Source: Methanomethylophilus sp.
Lineage (GTDB): Archaea; Thermoplasmatota; Thermoplasmata; Methanomassiliicoccales; Methanomethylophilaceae
DNA length: 64,000 bases
Reading direction: 5' to 3'
NCBI GenBank assembly: GCA_050944195.1
Contig: JBMNQO010000001.1
Location: 50,603 to 114,602 of the forward strand
The translations under genes were made by a program, and so were the position numbers. The notes beneath the pieces are model-generated. The model had not been told where the DNA came from. It saw only the letters and a list, made by a program, of their open reading frames with translations, and ran no database searches. Positions 1 to 10,231 of the stretch are shown here, one piece after another. Numbering within the stretch: the stretch's first letter is position 1; the number at the start of each line of letters is the position of its first letter.

Positions 1-447
1 CTCGATGTCCCCGACGGTGCCCCCGAGCTCGACGATGGCGACGTCCGCCCCCGAGGAGCGGGCGACGGCGGTGATCCTCCGCTTGATCTCGTCGGTGATG
101 TGCGGGATGATCTGCACGGTCTTCCCGAGGTACTCCCCGCGCCGCTCGTTGTCGATGACGGTGCGGTAGACCTTGCCGGTGGTGATGTTGTTGTCCCTGC
201 CGAGGTGCAGGTCCATGAACCGCTCGTAGTTGCCGAGGTCGAGGTCGACCTCGCCCCCGTCGTCGAGGACGTAGACCTCGCCGTGCTCGAAGGGGTTCAT
301 GGTGCCCGCGTCGATGTTCAGGTAGGGGTCGATCTTGATCGACGTCACCGAGATGCCCCTCGATTTCAGGAGGAGGCCGATGGAGGACGCCGTGATGCCT
401 TTGCCCAATCCGGAGATGACTCCGCCGCTGACGAAAATCAACTTCAT
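1..447 (-). CDS. pyrG: CTP synthase, N-terminal part (3' end lies beyond the window start)
   Basis: Reverse-strand translation from ATG at 447-445 reads [31 protein letters not shown]..., the canonical CTP synthase N-terminus. It is absent from the ORF track because it is edge-truncated. The listed 100..669 + ORF is its antisense shadow. Confidence 0.9.
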   Translation of the reverse strand, partial: MKLIFVSGGVISGLGKGITASSIGLLLKSRGISVTSIKIDPYLNIDAGTMNPFEHGEVYVLDDGGEVDLDLGNYERFMDLHLGRDNNITTGKVYRTVIDNERRGEYLGKTVQIIPHITDEIKRRITAVARSSGADVAIVELGGTVGDIE

Positions 448-642
448 TTCAAATCAACGGGAAACTCTCATCGCTGTAATGTATTAAACATTTGTTGCTT
501 AATCATCCCTTTCCGTGTCCGTTTGTACATTTTTGACGTGAAAAACGGAACGGCATCCTTATTACGGCAATGCACCATTCCCGCTTGCTGCGAAAGTGTC
601 TCCGCCGTGTATTTTCCTATTAATAAAAAGAGTGCGGAGCGT

Positions 643-656
643 AAATCATTAAATAA
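643..656 (+). promoter_or_regulatory. Putative BRE/TATA element of the S12 operon
   Basis: AAATCATTAAATAA sits in an AT-rich spacer about 110 nt upstream of the S12 ATG. The identical 14-mer occurs upstream of mcrB (60176..60189). Confidence 0.5.
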
Positions 657-765
657 CATCTGTGAATAGCGACCCTCAGCCATAGCCACGCTTCGCGATG
701 CGGATCGCATCTCCGGCGGGGCTTTCTGCCGCACTGCGGCAGGCAAAGAAAAAAGGTGAACAACA

Positions 766-1194
766 ATGGGAAACGGTCTATTCACTGCCCGCAAGATGCA
801 GGCAGACAGGCAGAAGTTCCGCTGGCTCGACAGGGGATACAAGAAGAGGGTGCTGAAGCTCAGGGAGAAATCCGACCCCCTCGAGGGCTCGGCCCAGGGA
901 CGCGGCATCGTGCTGGAGAAGGTCGGCATCGAGGCCAAGCAGCCCAACTCCGCGATCAGGAAGTGCGTCAAGGTCCAGCTCATCAAGAACGGGCGCCAGA
1001 TCACCGCCTTCGCGGTCGGCGACGGCGCCATCAACTTCATCGACGAGCACGACGAGGTGCTGGTCGAGGGTATCGGCGGCAGGATGGGGAGGTCCTACGG
1101 AGACATCCCCGGGGTCCGCTACAAGGTCATCAAGGTCAACAACGTCTCCCTGGACGAGATGGTCAGGGGCAGGGTCCAGAAGCCCACGAGATGA
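766..1194 (+). CDS. rps12: 30S ribosomal protein S12 (uS12)
   Basis: 142-aa ORF with [19 protein letters not shown] and [14 protein letters not shown], typical archaeal uS12. Confidence 0.97.
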   Translation: MGNGLFTARKMQADRQKFRWLDRGYKKRVLKLREKSDPLEGSAQGRGIVLEKVGIEAKQPNSAIRKCVKVQLIKNGRQITAFAVGDGAINFIDEHDEVLVEGIGGRMGRSYGDIPGVRYKVIKVNNVSLDEMVRGRVQKPTR

Positions 1195-1198
1195 TCAC

Positions 1199-1837
1199 AT
1201 GGCAGACGAAGAAGTCCAGGTTCAGGAGCAGGTGCAGGCGCCCGTCGAGGCCCCTGCCGAGCCGAAGGCCGCGCCCAGGGCGCCCGTCTTCGGGAAATAC
1301 GACACCTCCGACGTCGTCATCAGCGACGCGGGGCTCGCCAAGTACATCGACCTCGGCACCACCGCGGTCCCCCACTCCGGCGGCAAGCACGCCAACATGT
1401 GGTTCGGCAAGTCCAAGCTGAGCATCGTCGAGAGGCTCATCAACAACATCATGAGGACCGAGAAGTACACCGGCAAGAAGATGAAGGCCTACAAGGCCGT
1501 CGAGGACGCCTTCGCGATCATCGAGAAGAAGTCCAAGCAGAACCCGGTGCAGGTCCTCGTGCAGGCGATCGAGAAGGCCGCCCCCCGCGAGGAGGTCACC
1601 AGGCTGCAGTTCGGAGGCATCTCCGTCCCCAAGGCCGTCGACATCTCCCCCCAGAGGAGGCTCGACATCGCGCTGAGGAACATCGCGACCGGGGTCGTGG
1701 CGGCCTCGGCCAAGAACAAGAAGTCCATCGAGGAGTGCCTCGCCGACGAGCTGATGCTCGCCGCCAAGGGCGACATGACCTCCTACGCGGTGGCCAAGAA
1801 AGAGGAATCGGAGCGCGTGGCGCAGTCCGCCAGGTGA
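1199..1837 (+). CDS. rps7: 30S ribosomal protein S7 (uS7)
   Basis: 212-aa ORF 4 nt after S12. It shows archaeal uS7 similarity (FGKSKLSIVERLINNIM, RLDIALRNI) in the conserved S12-S7 order. Confidence 0.95.
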   Translation: MADEEVQVQEQVQAPVEAPAEPKAAPRAPVFGKYDTSDVVISDAGLAKYIDLGTTAVPHSGGKHANMWFGKSKLSIVERLINNIMRTEKYTGKKMKAYKAVEDAFAIIEKKSKQNPVQVLVQAIEKAAPREEVTRLQFGGISVPKAVDISPQRRLDIALRNIATGVVAASAKNKKSIEECLADELMLAAKGDMTSYAVAKKEESERVAQSAR

Positions 1838-1881
1838 TTCCGACTTAGAACAGAGAAACACAGTAAACATCAGGTGTGAGA

Positions 1882-4092
1882 ATGGGACGTAAAGAAGAGA
1901 ACGTCAAGTACGCGACGACCATCATGAAGACCCCCGAGTTCGTCAGGAACGTCGGGACCGCCGCGCATATCGACCACGGGAAGACCACTTTCTCCGACAA
2001 CCTCATCGCGGGTGCCGGAATGATGTCCGAGGACCTCGCCGGCAAGCAGCGTGTCCTGGACTACGATGAGCAGGAGGCCGCCAGGGGTATCACCATCAAC
2101 GCCGCGTCGGCCTCGATGGTCCACCACTACAACGGCAAGTCCTATCTCATCAACCTGATCGACACCCCCGGCCACGTCGACTTCGGCGGCGACGTCACCA
2201 GGGCCATGAGGGCGCTGGACGGCGTCTACATCCTGGTCTGCGCGGTCGAGGGCATCATGCCCCAGACCGAGACCGTCATCAGGCAGGCCCTGAAGGAGAG
2301 GGTCCGCCCCATGCTGTTCATCAACAAGGTGGACAGGATGATCGTGGAGCAGCAGGTCACCAAGGACATGATGATCCAGCGCTTCTCGAAGCTCATCGCC
2401 TCCTTCAACGAGAAGATCAAGGCCAACCTGCCCGCGCCCCTCAACAAGGAGTGGCAGGTCAGCATCCAGGACGGCACCGTCGCCTTCGGGTCGGCGTACA
2501 ACAACTGGGCCATCTCCGCCCCGTACATGAAGAAGACCGGGATCACCTTCTCGGACATCTTCGACTACTGCAGCAGGGAGGGCGGCCAGAAGGAGCTCGC
2601 CAAGAAGATCCCGCTGCACGAGGTCGCGCTGCAGATGGCCATCGAGCACATCCAGCCCCCGACCCTCGCCCAGAAGGTCCGTATCCCCATCATCTGGAAG
2701 GGAGACCTTGAGTCCAAGGTCGGGAAGGAGCTCCTGGACTGCGACGCCAACGGCGATGTGGTCCTGATGGTCACCAAGATCATCATGGACAAGCACGCCG
2801 GAGAGGTCGCCGTCGGCAGGCTGTTCTCCGGGACCATCGAGAAGGGCCAGACCCTCTACGTGGCCGGCCAGCCCGCGCCCCAGCGCGTCCAGACCGTCGC
2901 GCTCATGGTCGGTGCGGACAGGATCCCCATCGAGGACGCCATGGCGGGCAACATCGTCGCCGTCACCGGGCTGAAGGACGCCATCGCCGGTTCGACCGTC
3001 TCGAGCCTGCAGGACATCACCCCGTTCGAGAAGATGGCCCACTACTCCGAGCCCGTCGTCACCGAGGCCATCGAGGCCAAGGATACCAAGGACCTGCCCA
3101 AGCTGGTCGAGGTCCTGAGGACCATCGGGAAGGCCGACCCCTCGCTGTCCATCGAGATCAACCAGGAGACCGGGGAGCACCTCATCGCCGGAATGGGCGA
3201 GCTGCACCTGGAGATCACCGTCTTCAGGATCGAGAACGAGCAGGGAGTCCCCATCGTCGTCTCCCCGCCCATCGTGGTGTACAGGGAGTGCGTCAAGAAC
3301 TCCAACCCGCAGGGCTTCGAGGGCAGGTCGCCCAACAAGCACAACAAGTTCACCTTCGTGGTCTCCAAGCTGGAGCCCGGGGTGGTCGAGGCCATCCACA
3401 AGGGCGACATCGACCCCGACGCGAAGATCAGGGACCCCAAGGCCCTCGCCAAGCAGGTCATGGACCTCGGGATGACCGACCCCGTCCAGGCCAAGGGCAT
3501 CGTGAAGTTCAAGAACGACAACGTGCTGATCGACGCGACCAAGGGTATCCAGTACCTGAACGAGACCATGGAGCTCGTGGCGGACGCCTTCGACGAGGCC
3601 ATGTCCAAGGGCCCGCTGGCGGCCGAGAAGTGCTCCGGCCTCAAGGTCGTCCTGATCGACGCCAAGCTGCACGAGGACACCATCCACAGGGGACCCGCCC
3701 AGATCATCCCCGCCGTCAGGGACGGTATCTACGGTGCCATGTGCGAGGCGGACCGCGTCCTCCTCGAGCCCATGCAGCACGTCTTCATCAGCGTGCCTCC
3801 GGACTACACCGGCAACGTCATCAGCATGATCACCCAGCGCCGCGGGACCATCCTCGAGATGGGCCAGGACGGCTCTGATTCCACCATCAGCGCCAAGTGC
3901 CCGGTCGCCGACATGTTCGGCTTCACCTCGGACATCCGCGGCGCCACCCAGGGCCGCGCCCTGTGGTCGACCGAGAACGCCGGCTTCGAGGAGATGTTCC
4001 CCGACCTGCAGGCCAAGGTCGTCACCGAGATCAGGACCCGCAAGGGCCTGAGCCCCGAGCCCTACGACGCGAAGTACTACTCTGGACTCTGA
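1882..4092 (+). CDS. fusA: Translation elongation factor 2 (aEF-2)
   Basis: GTPase motifs AHIDHGKTT, DTPGHVDF and NKVD, at EF-2 length. ATG 1882 is preferred over the GTG at 1876 used by the ORF track. Confidence 0.97.
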   Translation: MGRKEENVKYATTIMKTPEFVRNVGTAAHIDHGKTTFSDNLIAGAGMMSEDLAGKQRVLDYDEQEAARGITINAASASMVHHYNGKSYLINLIDTPGHVDFGGDVTRAMRALDGVYILVCAVEGIMPQTETVIRQALKERVRPMLFINKVDRMIVEQQVTKDMMIQRFSKLIASFNEKIKANLPAPLNKEWQVSIQDGTVAFGSAYNNWAISAPYMKKTGITFSDIFDYCSREGGQKELAKKIPLHEVALQMAIEHIQPPTLAQKVRIPIIWKGDLESKVGKELLDCDANGDVVLMVTKIIMDKHAGEVAVGRLFSGTIEKGQTLYVAGQPAPQRVQTVALMVGADRIPIEDAMAGNIVAVTGLKDAIAGSTVSSLQDITPFEKMAHYSEPVVTEAIEAKDTKDLPKLVEVLRTIGKADPSLSIEINQETGEHLIAGMGELHLEITVFRIENEQGVPIVVSPPIVVYRECVKNSNPQGFEGRSPNKHNKFTFVVSKLEPGVVEAIHKGDIDPDAKIRDPKALAKQVMDLGMTDPVQAKGIVKFKNDNVLIDATKGIQYLNETMELVADAFDEAMSKGPLAAEKCSGLKVVLIDAKLHEDTIHRGPAQIIPAVRDGIYGAMCEADRVLLEPMQHVFISVPPDYTGNVISMITQRRGTILEMGQDGSDSTISAKCPVADMFGFTSDIRGATQGRALWSTENAGFEEMFPDLQAKVVTEIRTRKGLSPEPYDAKYYSGL

Positions 4093-4101
4093 GAGTCCAG
4101 A
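4081..4101 (+). other. Perfect 9-bp inverted repeat with the EF-2 stop codon as its loop
   Basis: TCTGGACTC tga GAGTCCAGA; the 3-nt loop is the TGA at 4090..4092. Confidence 0.6.
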
Positions 4102-4189
4102 GCGGGCTTCGGTCCTAAACCTTTTAATATAAACAGCCTTATCGACCAAAAAGTAACCCCTATAAAGGGTTTGGAAAGGAGAAATTAAA

Positions 4190-5455
4190 ATGGCAGAAAA
4201 GGAACACATGAACCTTGTCATCATCGGGCACGTCGACCACGGGAAGTCCACCCTCACCGGCAGGATCCTCCTGGAGGCCGGTGCCATCGACCCTCACCTC
4301 GTCGAGAAATACAAGAAAGAGGCCGAGGAGAAAGGAAAGGGAACCTTCTACTTCGCCTGGCTCATGGACGGCCTGAAGGAGGAGAGGGAGAGGGGTGTGA
4401 CCATCGATGTCGCCCACAAGAAGTTCTACACCGACAAGTACTACTTCACCGTCATCGACGCCCCCGGACACCGTGACTTCGTCAAGAACATGATCACCGG
4501 AACCTCCCAGGCCGACGCGGCCATCATCACCTGCTCGGCGGTAGAGGGACCCCAGGCCCAGACCAAGGAGCACGTCTTCCTGGCCACCACCCTCGGGATC
4601 AAGCAGATCATCGTCGCCGTCAACAAGATGGACGCCGTGAAGTACGACGAGGCCAAGTACAAGGAGACCGTCGAGGCGATGTCGAAGCTCTTCAAGATCG
4701 TCGGCGTCAAGCCCGAGAACGTCCCCTTCATCCCCGTGTCCGCCTACATGGGCGACAACATCAAGACCCTCTCGCCCAACACCCCCTGGTACAAGGGCAA
4801 GACCCTCTTCCAGGCGCTCGACGACCTCAAGGTCCCCGAGAAGCACACCGAGAAGCCCCTCAGGCTGCCCGTCCAGGACGTCTACACCATCACCGGTGTC
4901 GGAACCGTCCCCGTCGGCCGTGTCGAGACCGGGATCCTGAAGCCCAACACCACCGTCATCTTCGAGCCCTCCAACGTGAAGGGTGAGGTCAAGTCCATCG
5001 AGGAGCACCACGAGTCCCTGCCCCAGGCCGTCCCCGGAGACAACGTCGGATTCAACGTCCGCGGCGTCGCCAAGAACGACATCAAGAGGGGAGACGTCGC
5101 CGGACCTCTCGACAACCCTCCGTCCGTCGCCAAGAGCTTCATCGCCCAGGTCGTCGTGCTGAACCACCCCTCGGTCATCACCGTCGGGTACACCCCCGTC
5201 TTCCACTGCCACACCGCCCAGGTCGCGTGCAAGTTCGAGGAGCTCATGTACACCGTGGACCCCCACTCCGGAGCCCACAAGGCCGACCACCCCGACTACA
5301 TCAAGAACGGCGACATCGCCTTCGTCAAGATCGTGCCCACCAAGCCCTTCGTCGTCGAGCCCGTCAAGGAGTTCCCGCCTCTGGGCAGGTTCGCCATCCG
5401 TGACATGGGCCAGACCGTCGCCGCCGGTGTCTGCATCTCCGTCGAGAAGGCCTGA
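4190..5455 (+). CDS. tuf: Translation elongation factor 1-alpha (aEF-1a)
   Basis: [17 protein letters not shown] and NKMD motifs; 421 aa; GGAG-type RBS (ggaaaggag) upstream. Confidence 0.97.
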   Translation: MAEKEHMNLVIIGHVDHGKSTLTGRILLEAGAIDPHLVEKYKKEAEEKGKGTFYFAWLMDGLKEERERGVTIDVAHKKFYTDKYYFTVIDAPGHRDFVKNMITGTSQADAAIITCSAVEGPQAQTKEHVFLATTLGIKQIIVAVNKMDAVKYDEAKYKETVEAMSKLFKIVGVKPENVPFIPVSAYMGDNIKTLSPNTPWYKGKTLFQALDDLKVPEKHTEKPLRLPVQDVYTITGVGTVPVGRVETGILKPNTTVIFEPSNVKGEVKSIEEHHESLPQAVPGDNVGFNVRGVAKNDIKRGDVAGPLDNPPSVAKSFIAQVVVLNHPSVITVGYTPVFHCHTAQVACKFEELMYTVDPHSGAHKADHPDYIKNGDIAFVKIVPTKPFVVEPVKEFPPLGRFAIRDMGQTVAAGVCISVEKA

Positions 5456-5513
5456 ACCCGGACCGGGGAGGGGGAGACCCCTCCCGGCCCGAAACATCAG
5501 CAAGGTGTGACAA

Positions 5514-5828
5514 ATGTCCCAGCGTGCCAGAATCTCTCTCAGCGGCACCGATCCCGCGATGGTCGACTCCGTCTGCGACCAGATCAAAGGGATCTCCCAG
5601 AGGACCGGCGTCGCCATCCGCGGCCCCGTCCCCCTTCCCACCAAGAAGCTCAAGATCGCCTGCCGCAAATCCCCCGACGGGGAGGGCAGCGAGACCTACG
5701 ACAGGTGGGAGATGCGCATCCACAAGAGGCTCATCGACCTCGACGCGGATGACCGCGCCCTCAGGCAGCTCATGAGGATCCAGGTCCCCGATGGCGTGAA
5801 CATCGAGATCGTCCTCCGCGGCGCCTGA
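5514..5828 (+). CDS. rps10: 30S ribosomal protein S10 (uS10)
   Basis: 104-aa ORF following EF-1a as in the archaeal str cluster; uS10-like sequence ([25 protein letters not shown]). Confidence 0.95.
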   Translation: MSQRARISLSGTDPAMVDSVCDQIKGISQRTGVAIRGPVPLPTKKLKIACRKSPDGEGSETYDRWEMRIHKRLIDLDADDRALRQLMRIQVPDGVNIEIVLRGA

Positions 5829-5872
5829 AAACCCATAAATTTTCTTCCTTTCCAACCCGCAAGGGCCCCGGA

Positions 5873-5905
5873 GGGGGCGCTCAGCGCCCCTCATCCGGGC
5901 GTTTT
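5873..5905 (+). terminator. GC hairpin plus T tract after S10
   Basis: GGGGCGC tca GCGCCCC stem-loop, followed about 10 nt later by GTTTTAT. Confidence 0.45.
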
Positions 5906-5950
5906 ATCGTCATTTATTAATCAGCGTCGCCATTGAGGGACGCTGATAAA

Positions 5951-7603
5951 ATGAGAAGCGATGTCATCAAGCAGGGCGTGGACGCGGCCCCCGCGAGGAG
6001 CCTGCTCCGCGCCGACGGGCTGAAGGACGACGATTTTTCCAAACCGTTCATCGGGATCGCCGATTCCTGGAACGAGATCGTCCCCGGCCATATCCACCTG
6101 AACAAGGTCGTCGAGGCCGTCAAGGAGGGCATCCGCGAGGCCGGCGGCGTGCCGTTCGTCTTCGGCACCCCCGCGGTCTGCGACGGGATCGCCATGGGCC
6201 ACAAGGGGATGCGGTACTCCCTCATCTCCCGCGAGGTCATCTCCGACTGCTGCGAGGTCATGGTCGAGGGCCACGCCCTCGACGGCTGGGTCGGCGTCTC
6301 CAACTGCGACAAGGTCACCCCCGGCATGCTGATGGCCGCCGGGCGCATGAACGTGCCCGCCATCATCGTCACGGGCGGCGCCATGGAGGCCGGCACCCTC
6401 GACGGCAAGGTCGTCGATTTCCAGACCGTTTTCGAGGCCATCGGGCAGGTGCAGGTCGGCGCCGAGGACGAGAAGTACCTCAAATCCGTCGAATGCGCGG
6501 CCTGCCCGGGCGCCGGGAGCTGCTCGGGGCTGTTCACGGCCAACACCATGGCCTGCCTCACCGAGACCCTCGGGATGTCGCTCACCGGCTGCGGGACCTC
6601 GCTCGCCCTCGACGAGAAGAAGCTGAAGATCGCCAAGGAGTCCGGGAAGAAGATCGTCGAGCTCGTGAAGAAGGGCATCAAGCCCCGCGACATCGTCAAC
6701 TCGCATTCCTTCCACAACGCCATCTGCGTGGACATGGCCATCGGGGGCTCCACCAACACCGCCCTCCACATCCCCGCCATCTCCAAGGAGTTCGGCTGCC
6801 CGGTCGACCTCGCGGAGTTCGATAAGATCTCCCGCGAGATCCCCCACATCACCAGCCTGAGGCCCGCCGGGGAGTACCACATCCGCGACCTCGACAACGC
6901 CGGCGGCGTGCCGGCCATCCTCAAGAGGCTCAAGGACCACCTGGAGGACGCGCAGACCGTCAACGGCACCACCATCTACCAGATCGCCGACGCCGCCGAG
7001 GTGAAGGACGCCAACGTCCTCCGCCCGCTCGACAACCCCTACCACAAGCAGGGCGGGATCGCCATCCTCAAGGGCAACATCGCTCCCCTGGGGTCCGTGA
7101 TCAAGCAGGCCGCCGTGAGCCCCAAGATGATGGTCTTCTCCGGCCGCGCCCGCGTCTTCGATTCCGAGAAGGACGCCACCGACGCCATCAAGTCCGGCAA
7201 GATCGTGGCCGGCGACTGCGTCGTCATCAGGTACGAGGGCCCCAAGGGAGCCCCCGGCATGCCCGAGATGCTGGCCCCGACCAGCATCATCCAGGGCATG
7301 GGCCTGGGCGAGAGCGTGGCGCTGATCACCGACGGCAGGTTCTCCGGGGCCACCCGCGGAGGCGCCATCGGGCACGTCTCGCCCGAAGCGTACGAGAAGG
7401 GCCCCATCGCCGCCCTGCAGGACGGGGACATCATCGACATCGACATCCCCAACAGGAAGCTCAACGTGCGCCTCTCCGACGAGGAGCTGAAGGCCCGCCT
7501 GGCCAAGGTGAAGGTCGTCGAGAGGCCGGTGACCGGCGTCCAGAAGAAGTACCGGAAGCTGGTCAGCAACGGCGTCAGCGGCGCCTACCTGGGCGGAGAC
7601 TGA
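5951..7603 (+). CDS. ilvD: Dihydroxy-acid dehydratase
   Basis: IlvD/Edd family similarity along the whole length (MRSDVIKQG..., [18 protein letters not shown]). ATG 5951 is preferred over the TTG at 5933. Confidence 0.95.
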   Translation: MRSDVIKQGVDAAPARSLLRADGLKDDDFSKPFIGIADSWNEIVPGHIHLNKVVEAVKEGIREAGGVPFVFGTPAVCDGIAMGHKGMRYSLISREVISDCCEVMVEGHALDGWVGVSNCDKVTPGMLMAAGRMNVPAIIVTGGAMEAGTLDGKVVDFQTVFEAIGQVQVGAEDEKYLKSVECAACPGAGSCSGLFTANTMACLTETLGMSLTGCGTSLALDEKKLKIAKESGKKIVELVKKGIKPRDIVNSHSFHNAICVDMAIGGSTNTALHIPAISKEFGCPVDLAEFDKISREIPHITSLRPAGEYHIRDLDNAGGVPAILKRLKDHLEDAQTVNGTTIYQIADAAEVKDANVLRPLDNPYHKQGGIAILKGNIAPLGSVIKQAAVSPKMMVFSGRARVFDSEKDATDAIKSGKIVAGDCVVIRYEGPKGAPGMPEMLAPTSIIQGMGLGESVALITDGRFSGATRGGAIGHVSPEAYEKGPIAALQDGDIIDIDIPNRKLNVRLSDEELKARLAKVKVVERPVTGVQKKYRKLVSNGVSGAYLGGD

Positions 7604-7613
7604 AAAACTGTTC

Positions 7614-7645
7614 AGGCGGGGGAATCCCCCCGCCTTCATTTTTTG
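7614..7645 (+). terminator. Intrinsic-like terminator after ilvD
   Basis: A 9-bp GC stem (AGGCGGGGG / CCCCCGCCT) followed by TCATTTTTTG. It lies between the convergent ilvD and chorismate mutase genes. Confidence 0.55.
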
Positions 7646-7662
7646 TTGAAGTTTCGATAAAT

Positions 7663-8289
7663 TCAGGCCGTCGCGAACAGCGCGATGAAGACGACGGCGA
7701 TGAGGGCGAAGATGCCCCCGAACAGCCACGTCCGGCGGCTCAGGCTCTTCAAATCATCCTCGTTGGCGCACTCCTTCGCGTCGTTGTACCCCAGCCAGAA
7801 GGCGATGAAGACAAGGGCGACGGGGACGATGGTGAGCCCGACCATGACTGCCGCGCCACCTGCGTCGTCGGCGCAGACAGCGGCCACCGCGATAGACGCG
7901 ATGAACAGGATGACGGTCAGGCCGATGCCGATGTTCCGGAAGTTCTGAGAGGCTTTCGCGGCCTTCTCTGAGAACCCGTCATCCTCATCGTCTGGCACAT
8001 CCTCTTTCCCGGGCTCCTTCGCCACCTCCTCGTTGGCGCAGGACTCGGCCATGATGGCGCGGCAGATCTCCTCGCAGCGGTCGGGGTCCATGCCGTTCTC
8101 GGCCCCGAGGTAGCGGTACCGGTCGATGACCTTCTGCGCCACCTGCGGATTGTAGACCTCGATGCCGTGCTCCGCCTTGTAGCGGCCGATGTCGGTGGCG
8201 ATGTCGAGCCTCTTGCGGAGCAGGGCGATGATCTCCTTGTCCGTCTGGGCGATCTCCGCCCTCTTCTCCTCCAGGTATTCGTCTTCCAT
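7663..8289 (-). CDS. Chorismate mutase (AroQ-type) domain fused to a C-terminal 3-TM membrane domain
   Basis: The N-terminal ~90 aa resemble AroQ chorismate mutase (LEEKRAEIAQTDKEIIALLRKRLDIATDIGRYKAEHGIEVYNPQV). An acidic linker and three hydrophobic helices follow. The gene is 1 nt upstream of aroC. Confidence 0.7.
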   Translation of the reverse strand: MEDEYLEEKRAEIAQTDKEIIALLRKRLDIATDIGRYKAEHGIEVYNPQVAQKVIDRYRYLGAENGMDPDRCEEICRAIMAESCANEEVAKEPGKEDVPDDEDDGFSEKAAKASQNFRNIGIGLTVILFIASIAVAAVCADDAGGAAVMVGLTIVPVALVFIAFWLGYNDAKECANEDDLKSLSRRTWLFGGIFALIAVVFIALFATA

Positions 8290-8290
8290 C

Positions 8291-9352
8291 TCAGTGCCCC
8301 CTCAGCATCTGGTCGGCGATGACCAGCGCGGTCACGGCCTCGACCGCGGCGGCCGCCCGGGGCGCGATGCAGGGGTCGTGGCGCCCGGTGATCTTCAGTT
8401 CCGCGTTCTCACCCGTTTTGAGGTCCACGGTGTCCTGCTCCTTCCCGATCGACGGCGTGGGCTTGAAGGCTGCCCGGAAGATCAGGTCGGCGCCGTCCGA
8501 CATGCCGCCGACGATGCCGCCCATGTTGTTGGTCTCCGTCACTATCCTCCCGTCCTGCATGCGGTACGCGTCGTTGGACTCCGAGCCCCTCATCTCCGTG
8601 ATGGCGAAGCCCTTCCCGAACTCCACGCCCTTGCAGGCGGGGACGGAGAAGACCGCATGTGCCAGCTCTGCGTCGAGGCTCTCGAACCAGATGCCCCCGA
8701 AGCCGATCGGGAGGCCGGTCACGATGCATTCGACGGTGCCCCCGATGCTGTCGGAATCGTCCTTCGCGGCGAGGATCTCCTGGGTGAATTTCTCGTTGAG
8801 TTCCGGGGTGCAGGCGCGGGTGGGGAAGGACTTGGACTTCTCCGCATCGGAGAACGTCCTCTCCCCGGTGTCCTTCACGATGCCGATGGACCTGCAGAAG
8901 GAGCTGATGCGGATCCCTTTCTCCTCGAGCATCTGCCTCGCGACCGCTCCTCCGGCGACCATCGCGGCGGTCATCCTCCCGGAGAACTGCCCCCCGCCGC
9001 GGATGTCGAACTTGCGCAGTGCCAGCACCGCCGGGAGGTCGGCGTGCCCGGGCCTCGGGGTCTCCTCGAAGCGGAGGTAGGCGGAGTCGTCGGTATCGCG
9101 GTTGGCGATCTCCATGATGATGGGATTGCCGTCCGCCTTCCCGTCCCGCACGCCGGCGACGAAGACGACGTCGTCCTTCTCGCGCCTCCCGGTGCCGATG
9201 CCCTTCGAGGGCCGGCGCAGCTCCATGTCCCGGGCCATCGCCTCCTCGTCGATGGGGAAGCCCTGGGGGACGCCCTCGAGGATGCAGCCCACGCAGGGGC
9301 CGTGGCTCTTCCCGAAGAGGGTGAAACGGAGCTTCTCTCCCAGTGTGTACAT
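8291..9352 (-). CDS. aroC: Chorismate synthase
   Basis: 353 aa with FGKSHGPCVGCILEGVP, GRHDPC and full-length AroC similarity. Confidence 0.93.
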   Translation of the reverse strand: MYTLGEKLRFTLFGKSHGPCVGCILEGVPQGFPIDEEAMARDMELRRPSKGIGTGRREKDDVVFVAGVRDGKADGNPIIMEIANRDTDDSAYLRFEETPRPGHADLPAVLALRKFDIRGGGQFSGRMTAAMVAGGAVARQMLEEKGIRISSFCRSIGIVKDTGERTFSDAEKSKSFPTRACTPELNEKFTQEILAAKDDSDSIGGTVECIVTGLPIGFGGIWFESLDAELAHAVFSVPACKGVEFGKGFAITEMRGSESNDAYRMQDGRIVTETNNMGGIVGGMSDGADLIFRAAFKPTPSIGKEQDTVDLKTGENAELKITGRHDPCIAPRAAAAVEAVTALVIADQMLRGH

Positions 9353-9423
9353 GGTACCTCCTAATCGGTCTTCGGATTAAGGACCCAGCATATTAATTAA
9401 TGGTTCCCACGGGAATACGCAAT

Positions 9424-9431
9424 CTTTATAA
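9424..9431 (+). promoter_or_regulatory. TATA box for tRNA-Ala
   Basis: CAATCTTTATAA about 30 nt upstream of the tRNA 5' end. The same CAATCTTTAT box precedes tRNA-His. Confidence 0.5.
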
Positions 9432-9457
9432 TCGTCCGACCGATGGGAGCCTTGGTC

Positions 9458-9530
9458 GGGCAGTTAGATCAGCTGGAAGATCGCCTGCTTTGCAAGCAGG
9501 AGGCCGCGCGTTCAAATCGCGCACTGTCCA
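9458..9530 (+). tRNA. tRNA-Ala (anticodon UGC)
   Basis: Hand-folded cloverleaf. Acceptor GGGCAGT/ACTGTCC with the G3:U70 alanine identity pair, anticodon stem CCTGC/GCAGG with loop TTTGCAA, and T-arm GCGCG TTCAAAT CGCGC. CCA is not encoded. Confidence 0.9.
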
Positions 9531-9567
9531 CCTCTCTGTTCTCACTGATTTACATCTCATCTACTGA

Positions 9568-9576
9568 TGTGCCAGA
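9568..9576 (+). repeat. TGTGCCAGA motif copy
   Basis: Exact 9-mer, 37 nt after the tRNA-Ala 3' end, in the spacer next to the cobO stop codon. Confidence 0.7.
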
Positions 9577-9578
9577 CG

Positions 9579-10124
9579 TCAGTATTCGATGCCCTTCCGG
9601 GCGTTGATCCCCTTGTCGAACGGATGCTTGACGAGCTTCATCTCGGTGATGAGGTCGGCGTACTCCGCGAGGTCGTCGGGAAGCCCCCTTCCCGTGAGGA
9701 CCACCTCGATGTGCTCCGGGCGGCGCTTCAGTGCCTCCAGCAGCTCCGAGGACGCGATGAGCTTGTAGCGCACGGCGTTGAGGGCCTCGTCGAGGACCAC
9801 GACGTCGTACTTCCCCGAGGCCATCATCTCCTCCGCTTTGCCGAGGGCCTCGTGCGCGGCCTCGATGTCCCCCTCGGTCGGCTTGTTCCCCACGAAATGG
9901 TCGAGGCCCATGGACACCATGGTGATGCCGGGGATCTGCTGGCACATGATCTGCTCGCCGAACCCGCTCGCGGGCTTCATGAACTGCAGGAAGAGGACGT
10001 TCAGCCCCCTCCCGGCCGCCCTCAGCGACAGCCCCAGGGCCGCGGTCGTCTTGCCTTTGCCGTTGCCGGTGTAGATCTGCACCAGCCCCAGCTCCTTCCT
10101 GATGTCGTCCTTCTCATCGGCCAT
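9579..10124 (-). CDS. cobO: Cob(I)yrinic acid a,c-diamide adenosyltransferase (CobA/CobO/BtuR family)
   Basis: 181 aa, P-loop GNGKGKTTAALG, and a VVLDE...HPFDKG pattern typical of the family. Confidence 0.85.
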   Translation of the reverse strand: MADEKDDIRKELGLVQIYTGNGKGKTTAALGLSLRAAGRGLNVLFLQFMKPASGFGEQIMCQQIPGITMVSMGLDHFVGNKPTEGDIEAAHEALGKAEEMMASGKYDVVVLDEALNAVRYKLIASSELLEALKRRPEHIEVVLTGRGLPDDLAEYADLITEMKLVKHPFDKGINARKGIEY

Positions 10125-10231
10125 GATATGGGGTATAGGCTTGCGGGAGCATAAAACGGACTCCCAACAATCGTCAATATTGACAGAGCCAGAAATGAAG
10201 AAGAAAGGGGGCGGATGCCCCCGAATGGGTT

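Noticed and set aside
1870-4287. 805-aa ORF on the minus strand, plus similar long ORFs at 4160..5668 -, 5921..7729 -, 10325..12106 +, 12114..13508 +, 20913..22361 -, 34804..36231 +, 40684..41580 +, 52964..54034 + and 62874..63992 -.
   Set aside because: Each lies antisense to, or out of frame with, a gene that has unmistakable homology (EF-2, EF-1a, IlvD, AlaRS, NifB and others). Their translations are Gly/Arg/Asp/Val/Leu/His-rich low-information strings, typical of stop-poor alternative frames in GC-rich DNA.
5461-5490. GC hairpin between EF-1a and S10 as a terminator.
   Set aside because: No T tract follows it, and S10 is conserved in the same operon 25 nt downstream. It is more likely an mRNA structure than a terminator, so it is not listed as a feature.
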